A DNA stretch of 64,000 nt from an uncultured Lachnospiraceae bacterium (GCA_902793845.1 CADBFE010000001.1:19221-83220), one strand, 5' to 3'. Shown: positions 41,811-49,985, counted from the first letter of the stretch. Notes: generated by a model from the letters alone, not told the origin. A program made the numbers and translations.

Positions 41811-42725
41811 ATGAATATGATTGTTTATAAAGAATTATCCACCCTTTGTCATGATCTTGGGTTTTCGGCAAGAGCATTATACTTTGCAAGCAATACAATT
41901 GAGAATCATTATCATGATGTTGAAATTCCAAAAGGGAATGGCGAAACAAGATTACTGCATGTACCAGATAATTTCATGAAGGCGATTCAGAGGAGTATTG
42001 CAAAAAACATTCTGTTTTATTATGAAATATCTCCTCATGCTGTTGCATACAGAGTATTAGGCAGTACAAAACTAAATGCTTTTCCGCATGTTGGTAAAGA
42101 TATGGTGATGAAATGTGATATACGAAAGTTTTTTGATCATATTACTTTTCAGATGCTTAGAAATAAGGTGTTTCCCTCTTCAGTTTATTCGGAGAGTAAT
42201 AGTATTCTTCTTTCAGTTCTTTGTACGTATAGAGGATCAATTCCTCAAGGTGCACCGACATCTCCAGTGATTTCAAATATTATATTAAGAGATTATGATT
42301 TACGTGTTGGAAAATGGTGTTCTGAAAGAAATATTTCATATACAAGATACTGTGACGATATGACTTTTTCAGGAAATTTTGATGCAACAAAGGTTAAAGC
42401 GTTTATAAAAGACGAACTGAAAAAAGAAGGATTCTTTTTAAATGGAAAGAAGACGGTTGTCCTTCATCAGGGACAAAGAATGGAGGTTACCGGTATTGTT
42501 GTAAATGAAAAGATTTCAATTCCAAGAAATTACAAGCGAAGACTTCGACAGGAATTATACTATTGTAAGAAAATTGGATGGAAGAATCATCTTAAAAAAA
42601 CAGGAATTCATGAAAATGTTGATTCGTATAGAAAGAAAATCTTGGGAAGGATTAATTATGTACTCTTAATTGAACCGAATAATAAAGAAATGAGTGAACT
42701 CAAAGATTGGGTATTAAACAATTAA
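41811..42725 (+). CDS. Retron-type reverse transcriptase (304 aa)
   Basis: IPKGNG, region X NAFPH (NAxxH), DIRKFFDHI, PQGAPTSPVISN, YTRYCDDMTFSG, region Y VTGIVVN; no maturase or endonuclease extension. Confidence 0.92.
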   Translation: MNMIVYKELSTLCHDLGFSARALYFASNTIENHYHDVEIPKGNGETRLLHVPDNFMKAIQRSIAKNILFYYEISPHAVAYRVLGSTKLNAFPHVGKDMVMKCDIRKFFDHITFQMLRNKVFPSSVYSESNSILLSVLCTYRGSIPQGAPTSPVISNIILRDYDLRVGKWCSERNISYTRYCDDMTFSGNFDATKVKAFIKDELKKEGFFLNGKKTVVLHQGQRMEVTGIVVNEKISIPRNYKRRLRQELYYCKKIGWKNHLKKTGIHENVDSYRKKILGRINYVLLIEPNNKEMSELKDWVLNN

Positions 42726-42940
42726 TTATTTCAGAAACATTTAGTATTTAACGAAAACTTTGGCGATGTTAGTCCACAAAATTTTAGACGTTGGCTTTTA
42801 TAATTTGATTATTTAAATAAAGTATTTTTAATTACTGTCACGATTGCTGTTAGAAGTATATAATAATATTTTAGATAGATATTTAATGTATGATAACGTC
42901 AATAGGGACCAATATATAGATTGGGCATAAATGAAAAAAT

Positions 42941-43777
42941 ATGGATACTATTTATTGTAGAAAATGTGGAAAACAAATATTATCGGACAGCGATTATTGT
43001 ATGTATTGTGGCGAAAAAATAATTTTTGTCACAGAAATAAAATCTAGTGATAATAATTTAGTAAATCAAAATATTAAAGAACGTATTATTAAAAAGAATA
43101 AATTTGATAAAAATAATTTTCTTTATAAAACACTTTCTTTTATAAAGAAAAATATAACTCATTTGCTATTTGGCGGATTGGTTATATTTGCTTTTATTGT
43201 ATTAATAACAACAGTAAGTATTAATATGGCTCAAACTGAGAAAAAAAGCGATAATACTCAAAATAATAATAATCAAACAAATAATACTCAAGCCAACAAA
43301 AATGATTCTCTGGAAGACGAAGAAAAAGAATTAATACCATATAATGCATATCATGGGGAAATAATAATTAAGCCTTCCTATTATAGAACATGTCCTTTTG
43401 TAGTTCATACAGATGAAGGAGAAAATTATTATATTTATCTTAAATATATAGGTGCTCCTTCTTATTCCGTTGAGAAAAGAGAAAAAAATCCAAAGGCATC
43501 AAATAATGAAAATAATATTTCTGTTTATGCAGTTGGAGGGAAAACAATTAATATTGATGTACCTATTGGAAAATATGAAATGTATTATTGTACGGGAGAT
43601 GTTTTTTATGGAAACGAAAAACGTTTTGGTGATGAAACAAGAGCCTATGTAGCAGATGATATTTTAGTATTTTATGTTGACGATAATTATTACCAAGGGA
43701 ATGAAATCACATTATATTCAGTTGTAAATGGAAATATGGACACATCAGTAATTAATATAGATGATTTTCCTAAATAA
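42941..43777 (+). CDS. N-terminal zinc-ribbon, single-TM membrane protein
   Basis: CRKC-x10-CMYC at residues 6-23, TM helix near residues 75-95, Asn/Gln linker, C-terminal beta-rich domain. Confidence 0.78.
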   Translation: MDTIYCRKCGKQILSDSDYCMYCGEKIIFVTEIKSSDNNLVNQNIKERIIKKNKFDKNNFLYKTLSFIKKNITHLLFGGLVIFAFIVLITTVSINMAQTEKKSDNTQNNNNQTNNTQANKNDSLEDEEKELIPYNAYHGEIIIKPSYYRTCPFVVHTDEGENYYIYLKYIGAPSYSVEKREKNPKASNNENNISVYAVGGKTINIDVPIGKYEMYYCTGDVFYGNEKRFGDETRAYVADDILVFYVDDNYYQGNEITLYSVVNGNMDTSVINIDDFPK

Positions 43778-43789
43778 TAAGGAGAGAAT

Positions 43790-45262
43790 ATGAGTCTTTA
43801 TAGTTTGTTTTATAATATTTTAACTGCATTATTTTGTTTATTGTCATTGAAATTTGATTTAATGATTATAAAGAGTATTTCGGTTTTTTTAGGTATAACT
43901 GCACTGTTTGCACCGATATTTGGAGCTTTATATAGATTCAAAAATAATATTAATGAAAAAAACAGTTCATCATATGATGCATTTTCAATCGCTATTGCAT
44001 TTTTCACTTTTGAATATAGTTTGAATTTGATATTAGGAACACGGGCGTTGTCGGTTGGTCTATTGTTATACGTTATTTCTGTTATAGTTTTTTTAGAAAT
44101 AAATCGAAAGGAAATAATTATAGAACAAAATTCAACCTCTAAAAAAAGAGAAAATTATAAAAGAAAAATTTCTATTTTATCGATACTATGTATGATTGTT
44201 GACATAGTATTATATTTAGTTTTTATTGTTCTATATTTTAAGAAGGTAAATGAAGCGGTTAAATATTTTTGTGTGATTTTGGCTTTTGCATCACCTTTGT
44301 ATCCTATTTTTGTTAAAAATTATAGAATTAATAATCATATACAATCAAAAATAAATAATGCATTAGAAAATATATCTGCTTGTTTTGTTTTTGTTGTTTA
44401 CTATAATTATCTTACTTATTTATTGGGGATTAAAATTTATGCTGCTTTTATTTCTGTAGCGGCAACATTGGTTTCACTTTTTTTTCATAAAAAAATATAC
44501 CCTTATTATGATGATTATAAAAAATATGAACCCTTAGTAAATGAAAATAAAAAAACATTTGAAGAAAAAGCGTTAAATATTTCAAGAGAAAATGAAATAA
44601 GCGCATTAATAAAAGAACACATAGAAGACAAAGAATATACTCCGGAAAGCTTTTTTTATGCCAGGGAAGAAGCTTTATTTGGTTTGTATAAAGACCATAT
44701 TATAAGTAAGTCTGAATGTTTATACATGGCCAAATTAGAAATAAAAACAGTTATATTAGATTTGCTTAAAACAATAATAATTACTGAAAGTGATTTTTAT
44801 AATGAATCATTTTCTGTTGATCATGCGGCTGAATATGCGTATAAGAATTGTATTACAGATATTAATAATATTGATGAATTAGAAAGTAAAATAAATCAAA
44901 AATATTCAGGATATAATTCTAGAGTAAGAGAAAAGGCAAAGATAGCATTTCCTCAGATTTATGTTATTTATAAAACATATATAAATAATATTATGGATAA
45001 ATTATCTGATATAGAAGATTCCTATAAGAAAATAGAAAAAGTTGATAAATCTTTACAATCGCAAAAACTTCCAATGAAAAAAGAAAAAATAAGTAAAGAT
45101 AATAAAGTCGAAGAACAGTTGTACGAGGATTCACTAAATAACAATTATACGAAAAATAAAACAACTAATCATGAAAAATTATATTGCAGAAAATGTGGAA
45201 CCGAACTTGTTATAGATAGTGAATTTTGTTATAAGTGTGGTACAAAAGTAATTCGCATATAA
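43790..45262 (+). CDS. Polytopic membrane protein with C-terminal zinc ribbon
   Basis: About 8 hydrophobic segments in the N-terminal half, soluble C-terminal half, CRKC-x10-CYKC at the C-terminus; very AT-rich. Confidence 0.75.
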   Translation: MSLYSLFYNILTALFCLLSLKFDLMIIKSISVFLGITALFAPIFGALYRFKNNINEKNSSSYDAFSIAIAFFTFEYSLNLILGTRALSVGLLLYVISVIVFLEINRKEIIIEQNSTSKKRENYKRKISILSILCMIVDIVLYLVFIVLYFKKVNEAVKYFCVILAFASPLYPIFVKNYRINNHIQSKINNALENISACFVFVVYYNYLTYLLGIKIYAAFISVAATLVSLFFHKKIYPYYDDYKKYEPLVNENKKTFEEKALNISRENEISALIKEHIEDKEYTPESFFYAREEALFGLYKDHIISKSECLYMAKLEIKTVILDLLKTIIITESDFYNESFSVDHAAEYAYKNCITDINNIDELESKINQKYSGYNSRVREKAKIAFPQIYVIYKTYINNIMDKLSDIEDSYKKIEKVDKSLQSQKLPMKKEKISKDNKVEEQLYEDSLNNNYTKNKTTNHEKLYCRKCGTELVIDSEFCYKCGTKVIRI

Positions 45263-45379
45263 AGTATCGTATTTGATATTATTTATCTATTTTGCTGTTT
45301 CGGCGATTTAGTTATGCTATAAGTACATTGCTCAATTGTATGTTGAGTTTATTGAGCTTGATTTATGTATAAAAAATCT

Positions 45380-45430
45380 TATATCCCTAATGATCCTACA
45401 TTGACTAAAACATTATGATGAAAAAATGAT
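45380..45430 (+). pseudogene. Short relic of an rpn gene
   Basis: TATATCCCTAATGATCC (17 bp) identical to 48194-48210 and CATTATGATGAAA identical to 48224-48236, with a 1-nt spacing shift. Confidence 0.7.
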
Positions 45431-45593
45431 TATACGTTTAACTAGTTCAGAAAGAAGGCAATCAACAGGCTAAAATAAAATTTTATTATGTGTCATACAA
45501 CTGTATTTCAGATCGTAACAATAGCAACAGGAAGACAAGCGTGTATATTGAGGGCGGTCTATTATATTTTATGAAAAATGGAGCATAGATATT

Positions 45594-45914
45594 GTGATAA
45601 AAAGATCAGAAAAGAGTCTTGAACTATTTAAAATCTTAAAGGAAAGAGGCTATTCTGAAGCCTTTTGCTATGAGGTGACTTATAATCTTAATACAGATTG
45701 GACTGCGCAGCGTATGATAGGATATTTGAGTCACTATAAAAAACTTCCAATGGAAGAGGTCGCAGATGAAGTTTTGGCAATATTAAGTCATAGAAATCAG
45801 ATTATGCAGAAAAAACATTTGGAAGATATTAATGCCCGTTGGAATCAATATCTTAATGAAGGATTCGATGAAGACATAGACGCTGAAAGGAATAGTGATA
45901 ATGTCATTTTTTAG
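45594..45914 (+). CDS. Hypothetical 106-aa protein, copy A
   Basis: GTG start after GGAG; about 94% nucleotide identity to 49021-49341. Confidence 0.8.
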   Translation: MIKRSEKSLELFKILKERGYSEAFCYEVTYNLNTDWTAQRMIGYLSHYKKLPMEEVADEVLAILSHRNQIMQKKHLEDINARWNQYLNEGFDEDIDAERNSDNVIF

Positions 45915-46302
45915 AAACAAAATGACAAGAGTTGTTTACTTAATTTTATCTGCTATTGTTCTGGGCGTAGAGATATTAATCGGTCTGTATGCACATGGAT
46001 GGATCAGGAGCTATCTTGGAGATGTTCTTGTTGTTATCCTGCTTTATTCCATTTTTAGAACAATTTTTCCTAAATGGCCGGGGAAATGGTATGTACTTCC
46101 TACGGTTATTCTCATATTTGCATTTGGCGTGGAATTTCTACAACTCTGGGGCTTCTGCGACCGATTCGGAATAACGAATCGATTGCTTCGAATTATTATC
46201 GGAACTGGATTTTCGATTGAAGATCTGGTGAGTTATTCGATTGGAATTGTGCCGTGTTATGTTGTGGAATATCTGACAATGAGGAGAAAATTCAGACATT
46301 AA
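45895..46302 (+). CDS. DUF2809-like small membrane protein
   Basis: HGWIRSYLGDVLVVILLY, VEFLQL, IIIGTGFSIEDL (family recalled); true start may be 45901 or 45922. Confidence 0.75.
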   Translation: MIMSFFRNKMTRVVYLILSAIVLGVEILIGLYAHGWIRSYLGDVLVVILLYSIFRTIFPKWPGKWYVLPTVILIFAFGVEFLQLWGFCDRFGITNRLLRIIIGTGFSIEDLVSYSIGIVPCYVVEYLTMRRKFRH

Positions 46303-46316
46303 TTATAAAAGATTAG

Positions 46317-46460
46317 GGTTTATATGGCGATGAAATTATGTCTTTGACGGCAATCATGCGAAAGATAAAAGGCTATAAAAACATAGCGGGAACATCATAT
46401 TTTACATATAAGGGAGAACCTCTTGCTGATATTGCAGCAAGAACACAATGGAAACAATAA
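46317..46460 (+). pseudogene. C-terminal fragment resembling the tail of T5orf172/GIY-YIG-type proteins
   Basis: Open frame GLYGDEIMSLTAIMRKIKGYKNIAGTSYFTYKGEPLADIA...; the SLT...AG.xYFxYKGExLxDI pattern is recalled from such tails; no 5' part. Confidence 0.4.
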
Positions 46461-46509
46461 GTCGGGTTTTAGTTGTATTTGGTGATAAATTAATTTTTTA
46501 AGAGTATAT

Positions 46510-47058
46510 ATGAAATTTCAGATTATTCCTTTTGGGAAGGGCAAAAATCGAATACTGTTTATCCATTTAAAACGCCCAATGAAAAATGGTTTTGCAGGTA
46601 TGGTCACAAGTAACATCTTTAAGGATGAACGTATCGCAATAATGGTTGATAATGAAAATACTGTAACTGATTATGATTTTGCCGGTCTGACTTTGACAAA
46701 AACGGGTTTCAGTTCGATCAATATGGATAAGGAAGTCTTTTACGGCATCAAACAGGGAAATCCTATGGCAAGAATGATTCTCTTTCATGAGTTGGGACAT
46801 TATTATTATGGAGATCTTCAAAATAAGGATTTCAAACAGGAGGAATATCAAAAGCGCAGAGAAAATGCTATAAAGAATGGGGGCGTTGTTGATGAAGAAG
46901 TTAGGGCAGATGCATTTGCCTTAAATTATTTAGATTTAGAATATGTGACGAAAGCGCTTGAGATATTGAAAGAAAAAATTCAAGAGAAATACGGTCCTGA
47001 TAAGGATGCAGAATTGATTATAGAAGAAATCAATATTAGAATGCAGAAGATATCATAA
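46510..47058 (+). CDS. ImmA/IrrE-like zinc metallopeptidase
   Basis: LFHELGH (HExxH) followed by EVRADAFA (ExxAD/N). Confidence 0.72.
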   Translation: MKFQIIPFGKGKNRILFIHLKRPMKNGFAGMVTSNIFKDERIAIMVDNENTVTDYDFAGLTLTKTGFSSINMDKEVFYGIKQGNPMARMILFHELGHYYYGDLQNKDFKQEEYQKRRENAIKNGGVVDEEVRADAFALNYLDLEYVTKALEILKEKIQEKYGPDKDAELIIEEINIRMQKIS

Positions 47059-47060
47059 AT

Positions 47061-47098
47061 AAAACCCGGATGGTGGCGAAAACTACTATCTGGTTTTT
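47061..47098 (+). terminator. Intrinsic terminator after the metallopeptidase gene
   Basis: AAAACC(C)GGATGGTGG / CTACTATCTGGTTTT stem with G-U pairs and a T run. Confidence 0.6.
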
Positions 47099-47210
47099 AG
47101 TGATTGAACAAACAAAAAAAATAAAATTCAATATTAATATGGCTACATTTTATTGTTTTTGGAGGATAATTTTTCAGCATATGCAATTATTCTTTTTTAA
47201 TATATATCCG

Positions 47211-47239
47211 TTGACTTTGGGGGCAAAAACGAGTACATT
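47211..47239 (+). promoter_or_regulatory. Promoter directly upstream of the 35-nt repeat array
   Basis: TTGACT, 17 bp, TACATT; the predicted start site falls at about 47246-47247, the first repeat base. Confidence 0.6.
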
Positions 47240-47246
47240 TTTAGTT

Positions 47247-47350
47247 GCAGAGAACCCTGCTGTGAGTGGGAACAATAAAAAGCAGAGAACCCTGCTGTAA
47301 GTGGGAACGATAAAAAGCGGAGAATCCTACCGATAAGTGGAAACGATACA
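47247..47350 (+). ncRNA. Type III TA antitoxin-like (ToxI/AbiQ-like) array of three ~35-nt pseudoknot repeats
   Basis: Units at 47247, 47282 and 47317; A-rich tails; unit 3 has two compensatory pairs (CAG/CTG to CGG/CCG; CCC/GGG to TCC/GGA) in interleaved stems; flanked by a promoter and a terminator. Confidence 0.72.
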
Positions 47351-47377
47351 GAGCTGCATTATTGCAGCTCTTTTTTC
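47350..47377 (+). terminator. Intrinsic terminator closing the repeat array
   Basis: AGAGCTGC-ATTATT-GCAGCTCT followed by a T run. Confidence 0.85.
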
Positions 47378-47412
47378 ATAATTAAGAATATAATTGAGAA
47401 AATGAATTTATC

Positions 47413-47441
47413 TTGACACGATTGCGTTAAAATAATATATT
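47413..47441 (+). promoter_or_regulatory. Near-consensus sigma70 promoter upstream of rpn
   Basis: TTGACA, 17 bp, TATATT. Confidence 0.65.
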
Positions 47442-47635
47442 CTTTATGAGAATATGAGATTTTTCATTTTGATTGTTTTTCTTTAAGGTAATTGTCTGTT
47501 TATCAACTTCTCTTTTTAAATTTGTAAAAAGCCAATTTATCGTGGCTAAGCACCTGAAAACAAGTTATAATTAAAGAGATATGAGGAATGCTCATTTAAA
47601 TGAGTTTTATTCTTATGTCTCGGAAAGGACAAATT

Positions 47636-48484
47636 ATGCATCAGAAGGATTTAGCTGAAAAGCTTCTGTTTGATTATAATGACGTCTTTGCCGATGTCAT
47701 TAATGGTTATGTATTTAAAGGTAACCAGACAATAAATGAAAACCAATTAAAAGATAGCAAGATACGGACTCAGTTTAAAGCTGATGACAGCAAGCTTCAT
47801 GAACAGGAACGTGATATACTCAAGGAGTGGTGTGATTCAGACATAAGAATCGCAATTTGTGGGATTGAAAACCAGACACTTCCCGATGAGTATATGCCAC
47901 TCAGGGTAATGAGTTATGACGGGGCTTCATATAAAAGCCAGCTAATTGATAAAAATCAAAAGCCTGTTCCCGTTATGACGGTCATTCTGTATTTTGGAAC
48001 AGAAAAAAGATGGGAGTATCCGCGTAATCTAAAAAATATTATAAATATACCACCTGAAATTGATGATTTCGTAAACGACTACAGGATTAATGTCCTTGAA
48101 GTTGCATGGATGGAAGAAAGCGAACTTGAATGTTTCAGTGGTGATTTCAAGATAGTAGCAAATTTTTTGATTAATAGGAGAAAGAATCCAGGGTATATCC
48201 CTAATGATCCGACAGTAATCAAGCATTATGATGAAATGATGAAATTGCTGACAATTGTAACAAACGATAAGAAATATGAGAAAATCATTAGTATACCGAC
48301 AGATAATAAGGAGGCGAGATCTATGTGTACTGTAGCGCAGAATTTAATTAATATTGGAAGAAATGAAGGAATAAATGAAGGTAAAAGTCAGTCTATTGAC
48401 CGTCTAACTGAGTACTTTATGAATCAGAATCCAGAAATAACGGCTGAAGAGGCCAGGGATATGGCGACTAAAATTCTTAAATAA
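47636..48484 (+). CDS. rpn: Rpn family PD-(D/E)xK nuclease (RpnL)
   Basis: NDVFADVIN, QERDILK, GIENQT, MPLRVMSYDG..Y, PVMTVILYFG, NDYRINVL, C-terminal GxxEG repeats; ATG 47636 follows GAAAGGA. Confidence 0.85.
   Translation: MHQKDLAEKLLFDYNDVFADVINGYVFKGNQTINENQLKDSKIRTQFKADDSKLHEQERDILKEWCDSDIRIAICGIENQTLPDEYMPLRVMSYDGASYKSQLIDKNQKPVPVMTVILYFGTEKRWEYPRNLKNIINIPPEIDDFVNDYRINVLEVAWMEESELECFSGDFKIVANFLINRRKNPGYIPNDPTVIKHYDEMMKLLTIVTNDKKYEKIISIPTDNKEARSMCTVAQNLINIGRNEGINEGKSQSIDRLTEYFMNQNPEITAEEARDMATKILK
48323..48484 (+). CDS. Predicted intragenic RpnS antitoxin (53 aa, in frame within rpn)
   Basis: Perfect AAGGAGG (48308-14) 8 nt before the in-frame ATG of MCTVAQNLINIGRNEG. Confidence 0.72.
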   Translation: MCTVAQNLINIGRNEGINEGKSQSIDRLTEYFMNQNPEITAEEARDMATKILK

Positions 48485-48498
48485 TATAAATAACAATT

Positions 48499-48536
48499 AA
48501 AATGACCGCCGGGACAAAGAGTCAGGCGGTTATTTT
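48499..48536 (+). terminator. Terminator after rpn
   Basis: AAAATGACCGCC / GGCGGTTATTTT. Confidence 0.7.
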
Positions 48537-48545
48537 AAATAAACA

Positions 48546-48995
48546 TTGGTGATAAAAATGATTAGTAAACTATTATCAAATTCCCCATTCTTATTCATGG
48601 GAGGTTTCGTTTTCTTATTTTCAAGATTCTTTAATATGATGCTTCAGGACCCTAAGGATTTAAAGCATACTACAGGTATTGTTACAAAAATATGGGAGCC
48701 AACCGATTCTTCTACCTATAGGGCAGAAGTAAAGTTCTTGTCGGAAACAGGCCATACAGTGTATGCCAAAATGGTTGGTCTTAGAAACGTTGAGAATGCT
48801 AATGAAGGCGATGAAATAGAGATAGATTATCACTTCGTGAAGGATGGTTCATGCTATGCCACATCAAATGATCCAAGATATGTATCAGGAATGGATATTG
48901 AAAGTGCAAAAAAATATAAAACAGGATGCCTGTGGATTTCCGGATTAACGGTTGTTTTATACATAGTGCTTACCGTTATTGAATTTATAAAGTGA
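48546..48995 (+). CDS. Two-TM membrane protein (DUF3592-like topology)
   Basis: N- and C-terminal TM helices around a TTGIVTKI...beta-rich domain. Confidence 0.6.
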   Translation: MVIKMISKLLSNSPFLFMGGFVFLFSRFFNMMLQDPKDLKHTTGIVTKIWEPTDSSTYRAEVKFLSETGHTVYAKMVGLRNVENANEGDEIEIDYHFVKDGSCYATSNDPRYVSGMDIESAKKYKTGCLWISGLTVVLYIVLTVIEFIK

Positions 48996-49020
48996 GAAAA
49001 AACGAAAGAATATACAGATT

Positions 49021-49341
49021 GTGAAAAATAGATCAGAAAAGAGTCTTGAACTATTTAAAATCTTAAAGGAGAGAGGTTATCCTGAAGCCTTCTGTTATGA
49101 AGTGACCTATAATCTTAATACAGATTGGACTGCACAGCGTATGATAGGATATTTGAGTCACTATAAAAAACTTCCAATGGAAGAAGTTGCAGATGAAGTG
49201 CTGGCTATATTAAGTCATAGAAATCAGATTATACAGAAAAAAAATTTGGAAGATATTAATGCCCGCTGGAATCAATATCTTAATGAAGGATTCGATGAAG
49301 ACATTGACGCTGAAAGGAATAGTGATAATGTCATTTTTTAG
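49021..49341 (+). CDS. Hypothetical 106-aa protein, copy B
   Basis: Near-identical paralog of 45594-45914. Confidence 0.8.
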   Translation: MKNRSEKSLELFKILKERGYPEAFCYEVTYNLNTDWTAQRMIGYLSHYKKLPMEEVADEVLAILSHRNQIIQKKNLEDINARWNQYLNEGFDEDIDAERNSDNVIF

Positions 49342-49402
49342 CAAGCTGTTTCAGAAAAATAAAACAGCATCTTTGCTTGAATAGATACGAGGGTAGTAAT
49401 AA

Positions 49403-49870
49403 ATGAAATTACGAAATTTAAGAGAAGATGAAACTGAATTACTAAAAGACTTTTTGTATGAGGCAATCTTCGTTCCGGAGGGAATTATGCCGCCTGATAG
49501 AGAGATAATAGAGCAACCTGAACTGAAGATTTACTATGAAGATTTTGGAACAGGCAGGGCGGATCACTGTATAGTGGCTGATGATAATGGGAAGGTAGTC
49601 GGAGCGGTATGGACCAGAATTATGGACGATTATGGACATGTGGATGACGAGACTCCATCCTTTGCTATTTCGCTCTATAAAGAATATCGCGGACAAGGTC
49701 TGGGAACTCAGATGATGAATCAAATGCTGATTCTTTTGAAAGATAAGGGATTTAATAAAGCATCTCTTGCCGTGCAGAAAGCGAATTATGCTGTCCGGAT
49801 GTACGAGAAGGCAGGATTTAAAACTGTGAATGAAAATGAAGAAGAGTTTATAATGGTGCGTGAACTATAA
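49403..49870 (+). CDS. GNAT N-acetyltransferase
   Basis: ISLYKEYRGQGLGT, SLAVQKANYAVRMYEKAGF. Confidence 0.88.
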   Translation: MKLRNLREDETELLKDFLYEAIFVPEGIMPPDREIIEQPELKIYYEDFGTGRADHCIVADDNGKVVGAVWTRIMDDYGHVDDETPSFAISLYKEYRGQGLGTQMMNQMLILLKDKGFNKASLAVQKANYAVRMYEKAGFKTVNENEEEFIMVREL

Positions 49871-49985
49871 GTGTTGTTATTACTGATTTTGAGACAATAC
49901 AACGTTGAACGCTTTGTTTCAGGATAATTGAGGAGTGAATGTGAAGATAGGAATGCCGTCAGAGGATAATAAGGAGGAAAAATCT

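Noticed and set aside
41743-41949. 68-aa minus-strand ORF across msd and the RT start
   Set aside because: No RBS or motif and antisense to supported features; not taken as a retron effector.
41811-42725. Group II intron, DGR or Abi-type RT
   Set aside because: Only 304 aa with no maturase or endonuclease domain; retron-specific NAxxH and VTG motifs and an upstream a1/a2 ncRNA are present.
47247-47350. CRISPR array
   Set aside because: The ~35-nt units are contiguous with no unique spacers and no cas genes are in the window.
47402-47416. ATG-AAT-TTA-TCT-TGA after the repeat terminator as a truncated toxN start
   Set aside because: Four codons cannot support homology; it also overlaps the rpn -35 box.
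47636-48484. IS element (Rpn is often labelled a transposase)
   Set aside because: No terminal inverted repeats or target duplication seen; better explained as an RpnL/RpnS toxin-antitoxin module.
45594-49341. DGR template/variable repeat pair
   Set aside because: Differences are mostly synonymous third-position changes, not adenine-specific, and the nearby RT is retron-like.
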